This document shows, piece by piece, positions 18,458 through 27,064 of a stretch of DNA of 64,000 nucleotides. Position 1 is the stretch's first letter, and every line of letters begins with the position of its first letter. The stretch lies in IMG/VR virus record IMGVR_UViG_3300008267_000016, positions 1 through 64,000 of that record; one strand, given 5' to 3'. Below the pieces are notes generated by a model, which worked only from the letters and a program-made list of their open reading frames with translations, did not search any database and was not told the origin of the DNA. The position numbers were made by a program, and so were the translations under genes. This stretch comes from a virus.

Positions 18458-20002
18458 GTGGCTAAACACAAGGGCTCAGATGACTTTGGCTGGCATACAC
18501 ACCAGCCAAAGAAATCGAACTTTGGTTTTAAAGCCGTTGAAGGCGCTAGCTCAAGGCATCAGCTCTCAACGCCGATGCCTTTTAAAAGGAAATTTAGACC
18601 TGACTTTAACTTAAAAGATTTCAGTATTCTTTACGACTACAACTACGCGTCTATGTGGACGCGTTGGCGTAGAGGATATGAACTTTATATGTACGCAAAC
18701 CAGGCGTATGTAGGTCTGAATTACTCATTCAGATATTGGACAACAGGCACCGTGGGAGTTGGCGCTGCGCTTCCCGGTGTTTGTTACATGTACCCATCCA
18801 TGAGCCAGGATATGGCTATGCGGATGGTCGCGGTCCGTCCACGCGATTCGTTTAACTTTCTTGATTTTGGATACTCAATTCAATCAGTAACACAGACAAG
18901 TGGCACAACTTATGCCGTCCAGCTATCTAGTAACTTCGGCCCTCCTATTTCTTTCTTTACAGGCGAGATACTCTCTGATCGCTTCGACTCAACTGGTGCA
19001 GAGAAAACAACTTACAACAACTATGTAGTTATAGGCGTGGGTAATGGGACTACACCGCTTACTCCTAGTTTTGCTCCAGTCTTCAATAGTATTTTTATTT
19101 CTCTCGATACAAATAACAGCTGGTCTGTTATTGATAACGAGACGTTAGCTGCACCTGCTTCTTTACCTACCCCAGGGGATTATTTCACGACTGAGATGCG
19201 ATTTGGGTGTAACTGCCCAGATTATTTAGCTCGCGAAGATTTTAATCTTTACGAATACAACTTAAAGCGAAGGTATCCGTATACGTTGCCCCAGGATGCT
19301 AAGCCTGGTCAGTATGACGCAGGTAAAGATTTCTTAAGTTCTCGCGAATCAAACAGTAGGGATCTTCCTGGTTTTACCCGTGACTTTGGTTTTCTATACG
19401 TCAAACAACTTTTAAATCTTCCTAGTTACACGGATAGTAGCAAAGTTTATTCTGATCCTAATTTAATTTATTTTGCTCCTAGATGGTGTAAACATATTTA
19501 TGCAACATTCTGGGATATGCAGAACAGGTTTGGTTCTGATATGTTCCCTCTCGCGTGGCTGGCTCAACCCACTGATGAACCGATGGATGATCGGTATCGA
19601 GATGAGTTTGAGATGAACTTAGCCAAGCAAACTACTTTTGATAAACGCCAACAACACCTTCGTTGGTGGGAAAAATATTCTCCTTCTCAGAATACAGTTC
19701 CGGTGCACATGATGTATCCGGATATGCACCCAACTATGGTAAAGACGCTTAACTTTGACACGTTAGCGTCTGGCACATCCACTGCAATGACTGCAAGTGG
19801 GTTTGAGATGTTTAAGATCGATGAGTATGATCCTTTTGCGCCTCCAGACCCAGGAGTTACCCCTAGGTTGGATGGTGGAATTTACAACAATGGCGTTCTT
19901 GTGAGCGGTGCCACCTTGATTTATGACGGTGGTCAGTATTCCAACGGCGCTTTAATCCCTTATCCGTCTTACCCTTCTCTAATCAACGGAGGAACTTACT
20001 AA
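18458..20002 (+). CDS. Virion-module protein with split SWIM-like zinc motif and C-terminal DGG/NGG repeats
   Basis: CNCPDY...WCKHI; LDGGIY, YDGGQY, INGGTY. Confidence 0.6.
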   Translation: MAKHKGSDDFGWHTHQPKKSNFGFKAVEGASSRHQLSTPMPFKRKFRPDFNLKDFSILYDYNYASMWTRWRRGYELYMYANQAYVGLNYSFRYWTTGTVGVGAALPGVCYMYPSMSQDMAMRMVAVRPRDSFNFLDFGYSIQSVTQTSGTTYAVQLSSNFGPPISFFTGEILSDRFDSTGAEKTTYNNYVVIGVGNGTTPLTPSFAPVFNSIFISLDTNNSWSVIDNETLAAPASLPTPGDYFTTEMRFGCNCPDYLAREDFNLYEYNLKRRYPYTLPQDAKPGQYDAGKDFLSSRESNSRDLPGFTRDFGFLYVKQLLNLPSYTDSSKVYSDPNLIYFAPRWCKHIYATFWDMQNRFGSDMFPLAWLAQPTDEPMDDRYRDEFEMNLAKQTTFDKRQQHLRWWEKYSPSQNTVPVHMMYPDMHPTMVKTLNFDTLASGTSTAMTASGFEMFKIDEYDPFAPPDPGVTPRLDGGIYNNGVLVSGATLIYDGGQYSNGALIPYPSYPSLINGGTY

Positions 20003-20003
20003 C

Positions 20004-20498
20004 ATGGCTTCCACACCAGTAATTATCCTCACCAAGCGCAGCGGTAATTCCTCAGATAGGCCCAATACTTCGACAGTACAAGCCGGCGAAACGGCTATGA
20101 GTTTTGGTGCAGCTGATCCTGGTCTTTACTTCAAAGACTCAGCTGGAGCCATTCGTAAGTTTGGATCGAATCACTACGGCACAACTGCACCTAACTCAAC
20201 CCCCGTTGGCTCTGTGGGAAATTCAGTCGGTGAAACCTGGGCCGACTCTTCTACCTCAAATTATTATTTGAAAGTGTGGACTGGAAGTGTTTGGCAAAAA
20301 GTCGGTGCTGGGTTCGCCGACTCAGCGACAAGTGCTAACTCAGCTAATACAGCTAACACAGCAGTATCTGCAACAGTAGCTAGCGGAATTGCAGTCGTTA
20401 ATGCCCTTCCGCCAGCTTCGCCTGGTTTGACTGTTTATTTAAATTCTGGTGTGAGTGGGCTTTATGTCTCCGCTAATGGCGGCTGGATCCTCACATAG
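20004..20498 (+). CDS. Tail-fibre proximal-type protein
   Basis: KRSG....RP.....GE.A......GLYFKD N-terminal fibre motif; GETW.D......LKVWTGSVW. Confidence 0.65.
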   Translation: MASTPVIILTKRSGNSSDRPNTSTVQAGETAMSFGAADPGLYFKDSAGAIRKFGSNHYGTTAPNSTPVGSVGNSVGETWADSSTSNYYLKVWTGSVWQKVGAGFADSATSANSANTANTAVSATVASGIAVVNALPPASPGLTVYLNSGVSGLYVSANGGWILT

Positions 20499-21030
20499 AT
20501 CCACGAAGCGTGGCTTTTAACATCCAAGCCCCTTTGAACAACCTGCCGCAAGTATCAGCAGCATAATTTTCAACATCGGGAGCGCCAGTTTCTCGTGCTG
20601 CTTCGACAAGATCTTTTGCAAGCATCGCCCCAGCTTCAAGATTCTTGGTGTACAGCGTCAGACCTTCGCGTGCATCGTAGGTCTTCACAGACGGAAACTT
20701 TTTATAAGCATCGAATAGGCCACACTGACACATCGGCATTAGATAGTCCATGCTGCGGACTAGCTCAGCCAGAGTGTCGAAGTCTCCAGTGTGCTGCTCG
20801 TACTGCCCTTTTAAGAATTCGTGAACAGCTAAGAAATTGGAGCACTCTACATTTAAATGGAGTAGGTGAGCTTGGATGTTTAATTGATATAAATAAGAGG
20901 CGAAGGAGACCATCTGATAAGCAAGGTTATCAGGCGTGGCCTCCTTCGTGAGAATGAGCTCCTCCTTGACAATTTCTTGAGTCGGAGCCTGAGCTGCGCT
21001 TTGGAAAATGTTTGCTAAGGAGGAGTTCAT
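20491..21030 (-). CDS. dps: Dps / ferritin-like DNA-protection protein
   Basis: HLLHLNVECSNFLAVHEFL..QYE.....FDTLAE matches the Dps H-x11-H...D-x3-E ferroxidase pattern; C-terminal AWMLKA. Confidence 0.8.
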   Translation of the reverse strand: MNSSLANIFQSAAQAPTQEIVKEELILTKEATPDNLAYQMVSFASYLYQLNIQAHLLHLNVECSNFLAVHEFLKGQYEQHTGDFDTLAELVRSMDYLMPMCQCGLFDAYKKFPSVKTYDAREGLTLYTKNLEAGAMLAKDLVEAARETGAPDVENYAADTCGRLFKGAWMLKATLRGSM

Positions 21031-21039
21031 GGCTACGTA

Positions 21040-21291
21040 TCAGACAGCGCAAGCAGCGCTTTCTTCTACTTTAGCCTCTTCTTCGTTAGAACTTAGATAA
21101 GCCTCAAGTGCGTCTTTGTTGATGCGATAGAGGGACTTGGCTCCGTTGGGCTGGAGGTTGACGAAGATGCCCTTAGGCCAGCCACCGGGCTGGTTGGATT
21201 CGGTCAGAGAGATACGCTTACGTACAAAGCCTGCAGAGCAGTTCAGCAGCTCAGCGGTCTGGGCGATTGTCAAGAGCCTTGCGGATTCCAT
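21040..21291 (-). CDS. Excisionase-like helix-turn-helix protein
   Basis: LLTIAQTAELLNCS..FVRK...YRI...LEAYL. Confidence 0.7.
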   Translation of the reverse strand: MESARLLTIAQTAELLNCSAGFVRKRISLTESNQPGGWPKGIFVNLQPNGAKSLYRINKDALEAYLSSNEEEAKVEESAACAV

Positions 21292-21426
21292 TTAATGTGG
21301 CGTTGTGAATGAAGACAACGCGAAAAGGTTAGCAGGAATCTTCATGAAGTGAATCTGTGATTCTTGGCTTAAGGTTAATTTTAGGTTTCAACCCGGTAGA
21401 CTAGGGGGACGCATTAGACCAGGGCC

Positions 21427-21675
21427 ATGGCGATCCGCATCGCTGGTGAGATTTTCAAGGGCTACAACCAGCCTCGGCGGGACTCGGATGGCGGTAAAAA
21501 GTTCGCTGTGGCGGCCAAGGAAGGCGACGAAGTGCGCTTGGTTCGTTTTGGAGATCCCAATATGACAATCAAAAAGCATATTCCAGAACGTCGGGAGAAC
21601 TTTAGAGCACGTCATAACTGCGATAATCCTGGCAGTAAACTGAAAGCTCGTTATTGGGCGTGCAAAAGTTGGTGA
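21427..21675 (+). CDS. Small basic phage protein (conserved VRFGDPNM...F.ARH.C...ARYWAC..W module)
   Basis: Recognisable module common in aquatic phages; TAGACT upstream. Confidence 0.75.
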   Translation: MAIRIAGEIFKGYNQPRRDSDGGKKFAVAAKEGDEVRLVRFGDPNMTIKKHIPERRENFRARHNCDNPGSKLKARYWACKSW

Positions 21676-21729
21676 GCCTTAGGCGAAATTATGATTTGAT
21701 TTAAACTGAGATTAGATGCACTTCGGGCG

Positions 21730-21963
21730 GTGAGAGACGAGAGAGAGCAGCTTCACGTCGGCCTGACTTTGGAAGATGATTTCACCTTGACACGGTTGAA
21801 GAACGCCGCTCACGCACTCAAGGGAGAAGATCGAGATCAGTATTTATGGAAAACAATTTTTAGATTTGTATGCCGCGAACGAGCTTTTAAATCAGTTATG
21901 GAAGAAATTGGCGTGGTTATTGACACTAATATAGATATATTCGACGAAGAAGAGGATGAGTGA
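21730..21963 (+). CDS. nblA: NblA-like phycobilisome degradation adaptor (divergent)
   Basis: LTLEDDFTL..L......L...DRDQYLW..I..F..RE.AFKSVM aligns by eye with the NblA pattern LSLEQQF...; size fits. Confidence 0.5.
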   Translation: MRDEREQLHVGLTLEDDFTLTRLKNAAHALKGEDRDQYLWKTIFRFVCRERAFKSVMEEIGVVIDTNIDIFDEEEDE

Positions 21964-22780
21964 TCTTATAAGCCCCAACGCTCGTCGTTGGTTAAATCTG
22001 CTTTCTTACGCTGAAGGCACTTGGGGAGGTTCTGCGCCACGTTACGACATTACGTTTGGTTATAAACCAATAAAAGATCTCAGTCGTCACCCGAACCAAG
22101 TGGTTCAAGGTGGTAAGTATTCGAGTGCAGCGGCAGGTGCTTATCAGTTCATGCCTAGCACTTGGGCTGGTGTAGCCAAACAGCAGGGACTTAAAGATTT
22201 CGGACCGAAATCTCAAGATATTGCTGCGTTAGCACTGATTCGCGCAAAAGGGGTAGACCCTGATCGAGATCCGATCACTAAAGACACTGTTGCTAAGTTA
22301 TCGGGAACTTGGGCTTCTCTCCCTACGCTGCAAGGAAAGAGTGCTTATGGACAGCCTGTAAAGAGTTTTGAATCGCTACGTCAGTTTGCTGAAAAACAAG
22401 GAGCTTCTACGGCCGCAGCACCACAAGCTACCTCTGAGCAAACTACAGCTTCTAAAACTTCTGGACTCGGGCAAGTATTGCTAAATAAATTCATCGACAT
22501 GATGGGTGCGATGGGAGGCCGTGGATTTGGCCAACGCTCTGCTCTGCCAACTCCAGGAATGCCGGATTATTCTGAAAGTTCTATTAGCCCAGGACAGCAG
22601 GAAATTGGGGTGTTATTAGATGCGTATAAAGGGCGTAAAAATACTGAACAGTACCAACAAGCTGCTGAACAAGATCTGGCACGAAATCTTCGAGGTAACG
22701 TAGCGGCTGCTGAAGCAGCTAAAGCTGAACTCTTAGCTCAAGCTTTAGGTGCTTTTGGTGCTCCTTCCTCTGTTATTTAA
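21956..22780 (+). CDS. Lambda-type lysozyme/lytic transglycosylase (GH104-like) with C-terminal extension; probably virion-associated
   Basis: SYAEGT, YDITFG, SSAAAGAYQF...TW, DFGPKSQD.AA, WASLP. Confidence 0.85.
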   Translation: MSDLISPNARRWLNLLSYAEGTWGGSAPRYDITFGYKPIKDLSRHPNQVVQGGKYSSAAAGAYQFMPSTWAGVAKQQGLKDFGPKSQDIAALALIRAKGVDPDRDPITKDTVAKLSGTWASLPTLQGKSAYGQPVKSFESLRQFAEKQGASTAAAPQATSEQTTASKTSGLGQVLLNKFIDMMGAMGGRGFGQRSALPTPGMPDYSESSISPGQQEIGVLLDAYKGRKNTEQYQQAAEQDLARNLRGNVAAAEAAKAELLAQALGAFGAPSSVI

Positions 22781-22922
22781 ACGTATAATCAATAGAGGTT
22801 AGTGCGTTACCAATGAATCCCTTTGCTGCTGGGGTTGATGTACCGGTAAGCCTAATATTTTCTGGAATGGCTTTTGATCCCGGCAAAACGACTATTTCCT
22901 GATTCAACCACCGAGCACAAAC

Positions 22923-23654
22923 ATGGCCGCCACTGCTGCTGATTTTCCGAATACTTCTTGGAAGAATTATTCGGAGCCAGTTTCTTCCGCTGCTGGAGAA
23001 GGGAAGATTGGATTTTCAGGAGCTCCAGTAGGGAGTGTAGCTGGCGCTTTCGATTTAAATAACTTAACTCGTTTAGCTGGGAGTCTTGGCAGTCTATTCG
23101 GAAGTGGATCTAATTCTATTGAAGACTATATAAAACAAGCTACAAAAACACTCAAACAAGAACAACGTAGAACTACAAAAAAGATTAATACTCGCATCGA
23201 AAATATCTATCCCGAGCTCACCGGTATGACGGGTGAGGAAGCTTTAAATAAGTATTACGATGCTTTTGCTAATACTGTTGCTGACGTAACTGCTCAAGGT
23301 CGTGCAGATCTAGGAGTTACCCCTGATATTTCAGCTGAGTATGATCGCTTAAATAATCGAGTTCAAAATATTCAAAATCAATATTCTTTAGCTGGTCGTT
23401 TAGGTGGCTACGAAAAGCTAGCACTCGACCCCCCCGTGGTTTCGATGGATGCTGCCTCTATTCGAAATGTTGCTGATTGGGTAGACCCTACCAGTAATCA
23501 GATTAAGAGTAAGTATAAGGCAATGTATGATTATCAAGATCCTCAAAGTCAGCAGTTTATTTACGGATCCCGTAATACTGCTGATGCTATCGGTCGTTAT
23601 TACAATACAAGTGGTGATGTATCTGGTCTGATGAACTACGGCGGCCTTGGTTGA
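22923..23654 (+). CDS. Hypothetical protein (possible ejection protein; may extend upstream to 22813)
   Basis: 243-aa helical ORF. Confidence 0.65.
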   Translation: MAATAADFPNTSWKNYSEPVSSAAGEGKIGFSGAPVGSVAGAFDLNNLTRLAGSLGSLFGSGSNSIEDYIKQATKTLKQEQRRTTKKINTRIENIYPELTGMTGEEALNKYYDAFANTVADVTAQGRADLGVTPDISAEYDRLNNRVQNIQNQYSLAGRLGGYEKLALDPPVVSMDAASIRNVADWVDPTSNQIKSKYKAMYDYQDPQSQQFIYGSRNTADAIGRYYNTSGDVSGLMNYGGLG

Positions 23655-23935
23655 TGCGTAGCATCAATAAACTAAGCATAGAAAAACGAGCAGAAAGTTA
23701 CGGTCGGCGTCGTCAACACCATGTCGACCGTGATCCTTCTTTTCATCGGTTTGCCGGAGAGTTATTCGGTATAGAACTTCGTGATAAAAATCGACAACAA
23801 GAAATAAAAGCTAGGCAAAGACTACAGTCCATGCGTGGCGTAGGCTTAGGTTTTGGCGAGAGAGATCAGTTCGGCCCAGATGATTCTTGGGACACGAAAG
23901 ATCCGATTAAATATACACCCTCCCAAGCGTACTAA
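23651..23935 (+). CDS. Hypothetical protein
   Basis: Coupled to upstream stop (TGATG). Confidence 0.6.
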   Translation: MMRSINKLSIEKRAESYGRRRQHHVDRDPSFHRFAGELFGIELRDKNRQQEIKARQRLQSMRGVGLGFGERDQFGPDDSWDTKDPIKYTPSQAY

Positions 23936-24524
23936 AGTATTCAGCAAAAGTCTGTATACTTTGTTCGTAATTAGATCTAGGTGGTAAGTGATAAACGAAA
24001 CCAAGTACTTTGGTTTCTATTGGCTCTAAATTTTTTTCTTTAAGTAGCTTAGGTTTATTGGCTAATACACAAAGAGGAAAGTCAAAATTTATCTTTTGTG
24101 TAACTAGAAGAGCAACCTCAGAAGAAGTTAAAAAAACTACCGCCTGTTCAAATTCGTTGTGAAGCCATTTGCGATAGCAAAGTTCTAACCAGATCCTCTG
24201 GGCTGACTTCTTAAATCGGTAATTCTTTTGGAAAAGCCGCGTATTTCTTGGTTGCTCAGTTCCAGCCAAGGTGCTTCTTGGAGGAAACAGATAAACATTC
24301 TTGGCCTTCCACGGTTGAATTAGACCATTTTCACGCCAAGTGAAATAACGCTCAGCTTGAATCACTGAGTTAGCAGCTTCACTTGAAGCTGGGTCCAATT
24401 CAATCGAGCCTCCGAAGAAAGCAGCCGTGGTTGCTATTAAATCTGCAGGTGAGACGAAGTCATCATCAGAGAATGAGACTGTTTGAAAGCTCATCGATTT
24501 TTTTATTAGCCTCGATTGGATCAA
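23907..24524 (-). CDS. Phage Dam-like DNA N6-adenine methyltransferase homologue, catalytic motif altered (FPPR for NPPY)
   Basis: IELDPASS..AN..IQA..YFT..ENGL..PW...VYLFPPRS. Confidence 0.7.
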   Translation of the reverse strand: MIQSRLIKKSMSFQTVSFSDDDFVSPADLIATTAAFFGGSIELDPASSEAANSVIQAERYFTWRENGLIQPWKAKNVYLFPPRSTLAGTEQPRNTRLFQKNYRFKKSAQRIWLELCYRKWLHNEFEQAVVFLTSSEVALLVTQKINFDFPLCVLANKPKLLKEKNLEPIETKVLGFVYHLPPRSNYEQSIQTFAEYFSTLGRVYI

Positions 24525-24930
24525 TCAAGTGGATTGCGATTTCATTCGATTGAACCATCGCTACTAGAGCAAGATCTGATTCGGATTCTTTTTCTATAAC
24601 CTGAATTACTTTTGCGAATAAAGCTTCCGCTTTTTCATCCATTCCTTCTTGTGCTACTGCGAGGTCGTTTTCAAGTTCTTCTTTAGTTAGATATTTTGAG
24701 TTCTCCGGATCTTCTGGGTTGAATATCAAGATACCTTCGCCTCTTGCGGCTCGGTTCTCGAAATAAAGTCGTGTGATATCAGAAAGAATAGTGCGGACTA
24801 CGCCTGCACTAATCATGCGCTCTGTTTCATTACCCCCAAAGAGGTTTTTGATCAAAGCGGTTGCGCCGCGAGAAAGGTCAGACATTGGTGAAATTTTTCC
24901 ATGCGGCTTCCATAACCGCGTGTGGATCAT
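24466..24930 (-). CDS. Hypothetical protein
   Basis: Acidic helical ORF in operon. Confidence 0.7.
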   Translation of the reverse strand: MIHTRLWKPHGKISPMSDLSRGATALIKNLFGGNETERMISAGVVRTILSDITRLYFENRAARGEGILIFNPEDPENSKYLTKEELENDLAVAQEGMDEKAEALFAKVIQVIEKESESDLALVAMVQSNEIAIHLIDPIEANKKIDELSNSLIL

Positions 24931-25231
24931 ACAGAAACTTAGAGGAGTTTCGCTCAGTAGGGTCTACTTTGCAATAGTGCTTACCCTCTACAAGCCCAGA
25001 GGTTCCTCCTGAAACAATCCCTTGGTGTATTAATTTATCTATAGCTACTGATGGGATATTTAGCCGTTGGCTGATGGTCTTTTTGCTTACAAATGCACTT
25101 GTTGTTTTTCCTTCCTTTTGAGAAACCAATAACTGAAGTGAAATGTCGATACTGGTGAGTGCTTCTCGAATCGTTTTGATTTCTTTAAGCGTTTGATCCA
25201 TGTAAATAAGAGAGGGGCTCCTCTTGATCAC
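24878..25231 (-). CDS. Hypothetical, possible HTH DNA-binding protein
   Basis: FVSKKTISQRLNIPSVAIDKLI...LVEGKHY. Confidence 0.55.
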   Translation of the reverse strand: MIKRSPSLIYMDQTLKEIKTIREALTSIDISLQLLVSQKEGKTTSAFVSKKTISQRLNIPSVAIDKLIHQGIVSGGTSGLVEGKHYCKVDPTERNSSKFLYDPHAVMEAAWKNFTNV

Positions 25232-25332
25232 CTGGCGCCAGGCAACCAGAGCGAATTACTGCTGGTCGGAAAAGGCTAAAACGAACACAGCACCCCTCAA
25301 ACCACTGCGGCCTTTGTTACGCAGAGGTCTGT

Positions 25333-25788
25333 CTAGTCTAAGAGTGCTGAGGCTTTTGTCTCGAAGTCGGCTGGGTCCTCAATGAGAAGTGCGATCAGTT
25401 TATCAAGCTTAGAGGCGGTGTCAACCACATTAGGGGTGTTCTTGATTAACCAGTAACTATATGCGTTTAATAGGTAATAATGTGTTTGCTTAGCTTTAAG
25501 GGCGCCAACTTTCCAGCGCTCAAAATCAAAAGCGTTGCTGTGGCGACTAGATCCTGTTTTGAGTTCAAGTTCTCGGATTTCTATTTGAAGCTCGATATCC
25601 TTGATTGTGTATTCAAGTGAACTAATTTTCGCTTGACAGTCTTTAAAGCTGGCAGGCGGCTGGTTGTCTGTGTAGATCCAGCCTGGAAGATTTTCAATGC
25701 GAAATTCTTCTTCCCAAAGGCAAGGCCGCTTCAGCTCAGTCGAAGAGCTCTGTGAGTATGCGGGCGATGTGTACGTTGTAACAACCAT
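25333..25788 (-). CDS. Hypothetical coiled-coil protein
   Basis: ORF in reverse operon. Confidence 0.6.
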   Translation of the reverse strand: MVVTTYTSPAYSQSSSTELKRPCLWEEEFRIENLPGWIYTDNQPPASFKDCQAKISSLEYTIKDIELQIEIRELELKTGSSRHSNAFDFERWKVGALKAKQTHYYLLNAYSYWLIKNTPNVVDTASKLDKLIALLIEDPADFETKASALLD

Positions 25789-26137
25789 TTAAACAATAAA
25801 GTGAGTGTTGCTCGAAAGAAGTTTTAATTACGAGGTCTAGTTGAATTAACTGCCTCAAGTGATTGCGGACTGCGCTCGTCGATTGACCGACTACTTCGGC
25901 AATCTCCGAAATACTAGCAGGCATAATCTGCTGTAAATCGAGAATTAAGCCACTGTGGCGAGTAATTGCTTGGATGCGGCCCTGATGCCTTGGATTGTGG
26001 AAAGCGATAATTTCGTTCCGTGCTTCTCTTGTAAAACCTTTTGCGTGATCTTTGCTGAAATACCCAGCTCTTGAAGATGCTGTATCAGCTTTTCGATTTG
26101 AGGGGTAGCCTTTTGATTCGGGCTCGGTGTGATACAT
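25736..26137 (-). CDS. ArsR-like winged HTH protein (true start probably downstream of the track start)
   Basis: ASISEIAEVVGQSTSAVRNHLRQLIQLDLV. Confidence 0.65.
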   Translation of the reverse strand: MYHTEPESKGYPSNRKADTASSRAGYFSKDHAKGFTREARNEIIAFHNPRHQGRIQAITRHSGLILDLQQIMPASISEIAEVVGQSTSAVRNHLRQLIQLDLVIKTSFEQHSLYCLNGCYNVHIARILTELFD

Positions 26138-26667
26138 AAGTGGTATGGGTTGATACAGAATGGATTAGAGCACCTAGAGCGCACGTAGTCACTTGATCTT
26201 AGTTTTGTTTTAAAGAACGCTTCATAGATGAATCGCCTAGTACGCGTGCACTGGCCGTCATCCTCACTGTAAGTGAAGCCTCGATCCTCTGGGTACTCGA
26301 GATGCTCAACTCTGTCGATCAGAGGACGGTGCCGCTCAAGCCAAGCGTGAAGACGCCCAGCCCGACTAGAGGTGCTGGCTAGCTCAAGCCTGCACACCTC
26401 ACAAGCCTGGACAAGGTCGTGAGGTAGGCGTAGACGCTTGCGGAAAGCCGCAGGGACCAGTAAAGGCTCAGACCTACCGCAAAGACAGCGCCAAGCTGAG
26501 ACGTCTGCGTAGTGCTCGACGTGCCAGTGACCGAGTCTCTCGATCGTCTCAGGAGCACCTGTGGGAGTCGGCGAGTCCGTGTCGTCCAGGTCTAGGAGAC
26601 CTAGTAACGCAACTGCCCGCAGGTTTAAAGCCATGCCAAGGGTCGCATCTTGGGCGCATCGTAGCAC
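25945..26667 (-). CDS. His-Cys/HNH zinc-loop endonuclease-like protein with C-terminal HTH
   Basis: RRFIYE.F......DYVRSRCSNPFCINPYHL; C-terminal LSLSTIQGIR. Confidence 0.6.
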   Translation of the reverse strand: MLRCAQDATLGMALNLRAVALLGLLDLDDTDSPTPTGAPETIERLGHWHVEHYADVSAWRCLCGRSEPLLVPAAFRKRLRLPHDLVQACEVCRLELASTSSRAGRLHAWLERHRPLIDRVEHLEYPEDRGFTYSEDDGQCTRTRRFIYEAFFKTKLRSSDYVRSRCSNPFCINPYHLCITPSPNQKATPQIEKLIQHLQELGISAKITQKVLQEKHGTKLSLSTIQGIRAASKQLLATVA

Positions 26668-27064
26668 CGAGGGTGCTTCAGGGACTGTTAAAAGACTATG
26701 GAGCTCACAGAACTCACAGAAAGCACAGAAGGGTAGCTGGCGCAGAACCTCATAGGATTAATACTTTCTTTTTTTAGGGATTCCAATACGAGACTGGGTT
26801 GAGACACAGCTTTTTATCTTTATTGAGACGTCTCCTTAATGTTTCCTGAGTAGTTTTACAAGAAACTAACTAAGTACGTTTATCTAAATTTAATTCAAAT
26901 AATTTATCTCTCTCAACAACGATCCAGTTTCGTTGAGAACGTCAACTTCCACAAAAAGTTTCAAGGGGATTTTTTTGAAGAGAGTATCCAAAAGCAACCG
27001 GCCAGCCCGTGGATTTGTTATATCTTTAAAAAGATGTAGACTTTGTGAAACGTAGAGGTGCTTT

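Noticed and set aside
21040-21291. Excisionase as evidence of a temperate lifestyle or prophage
   Set aside because: No integrase, repressor or att site or host genes seen; such HTH proteins are common in lytic phages.
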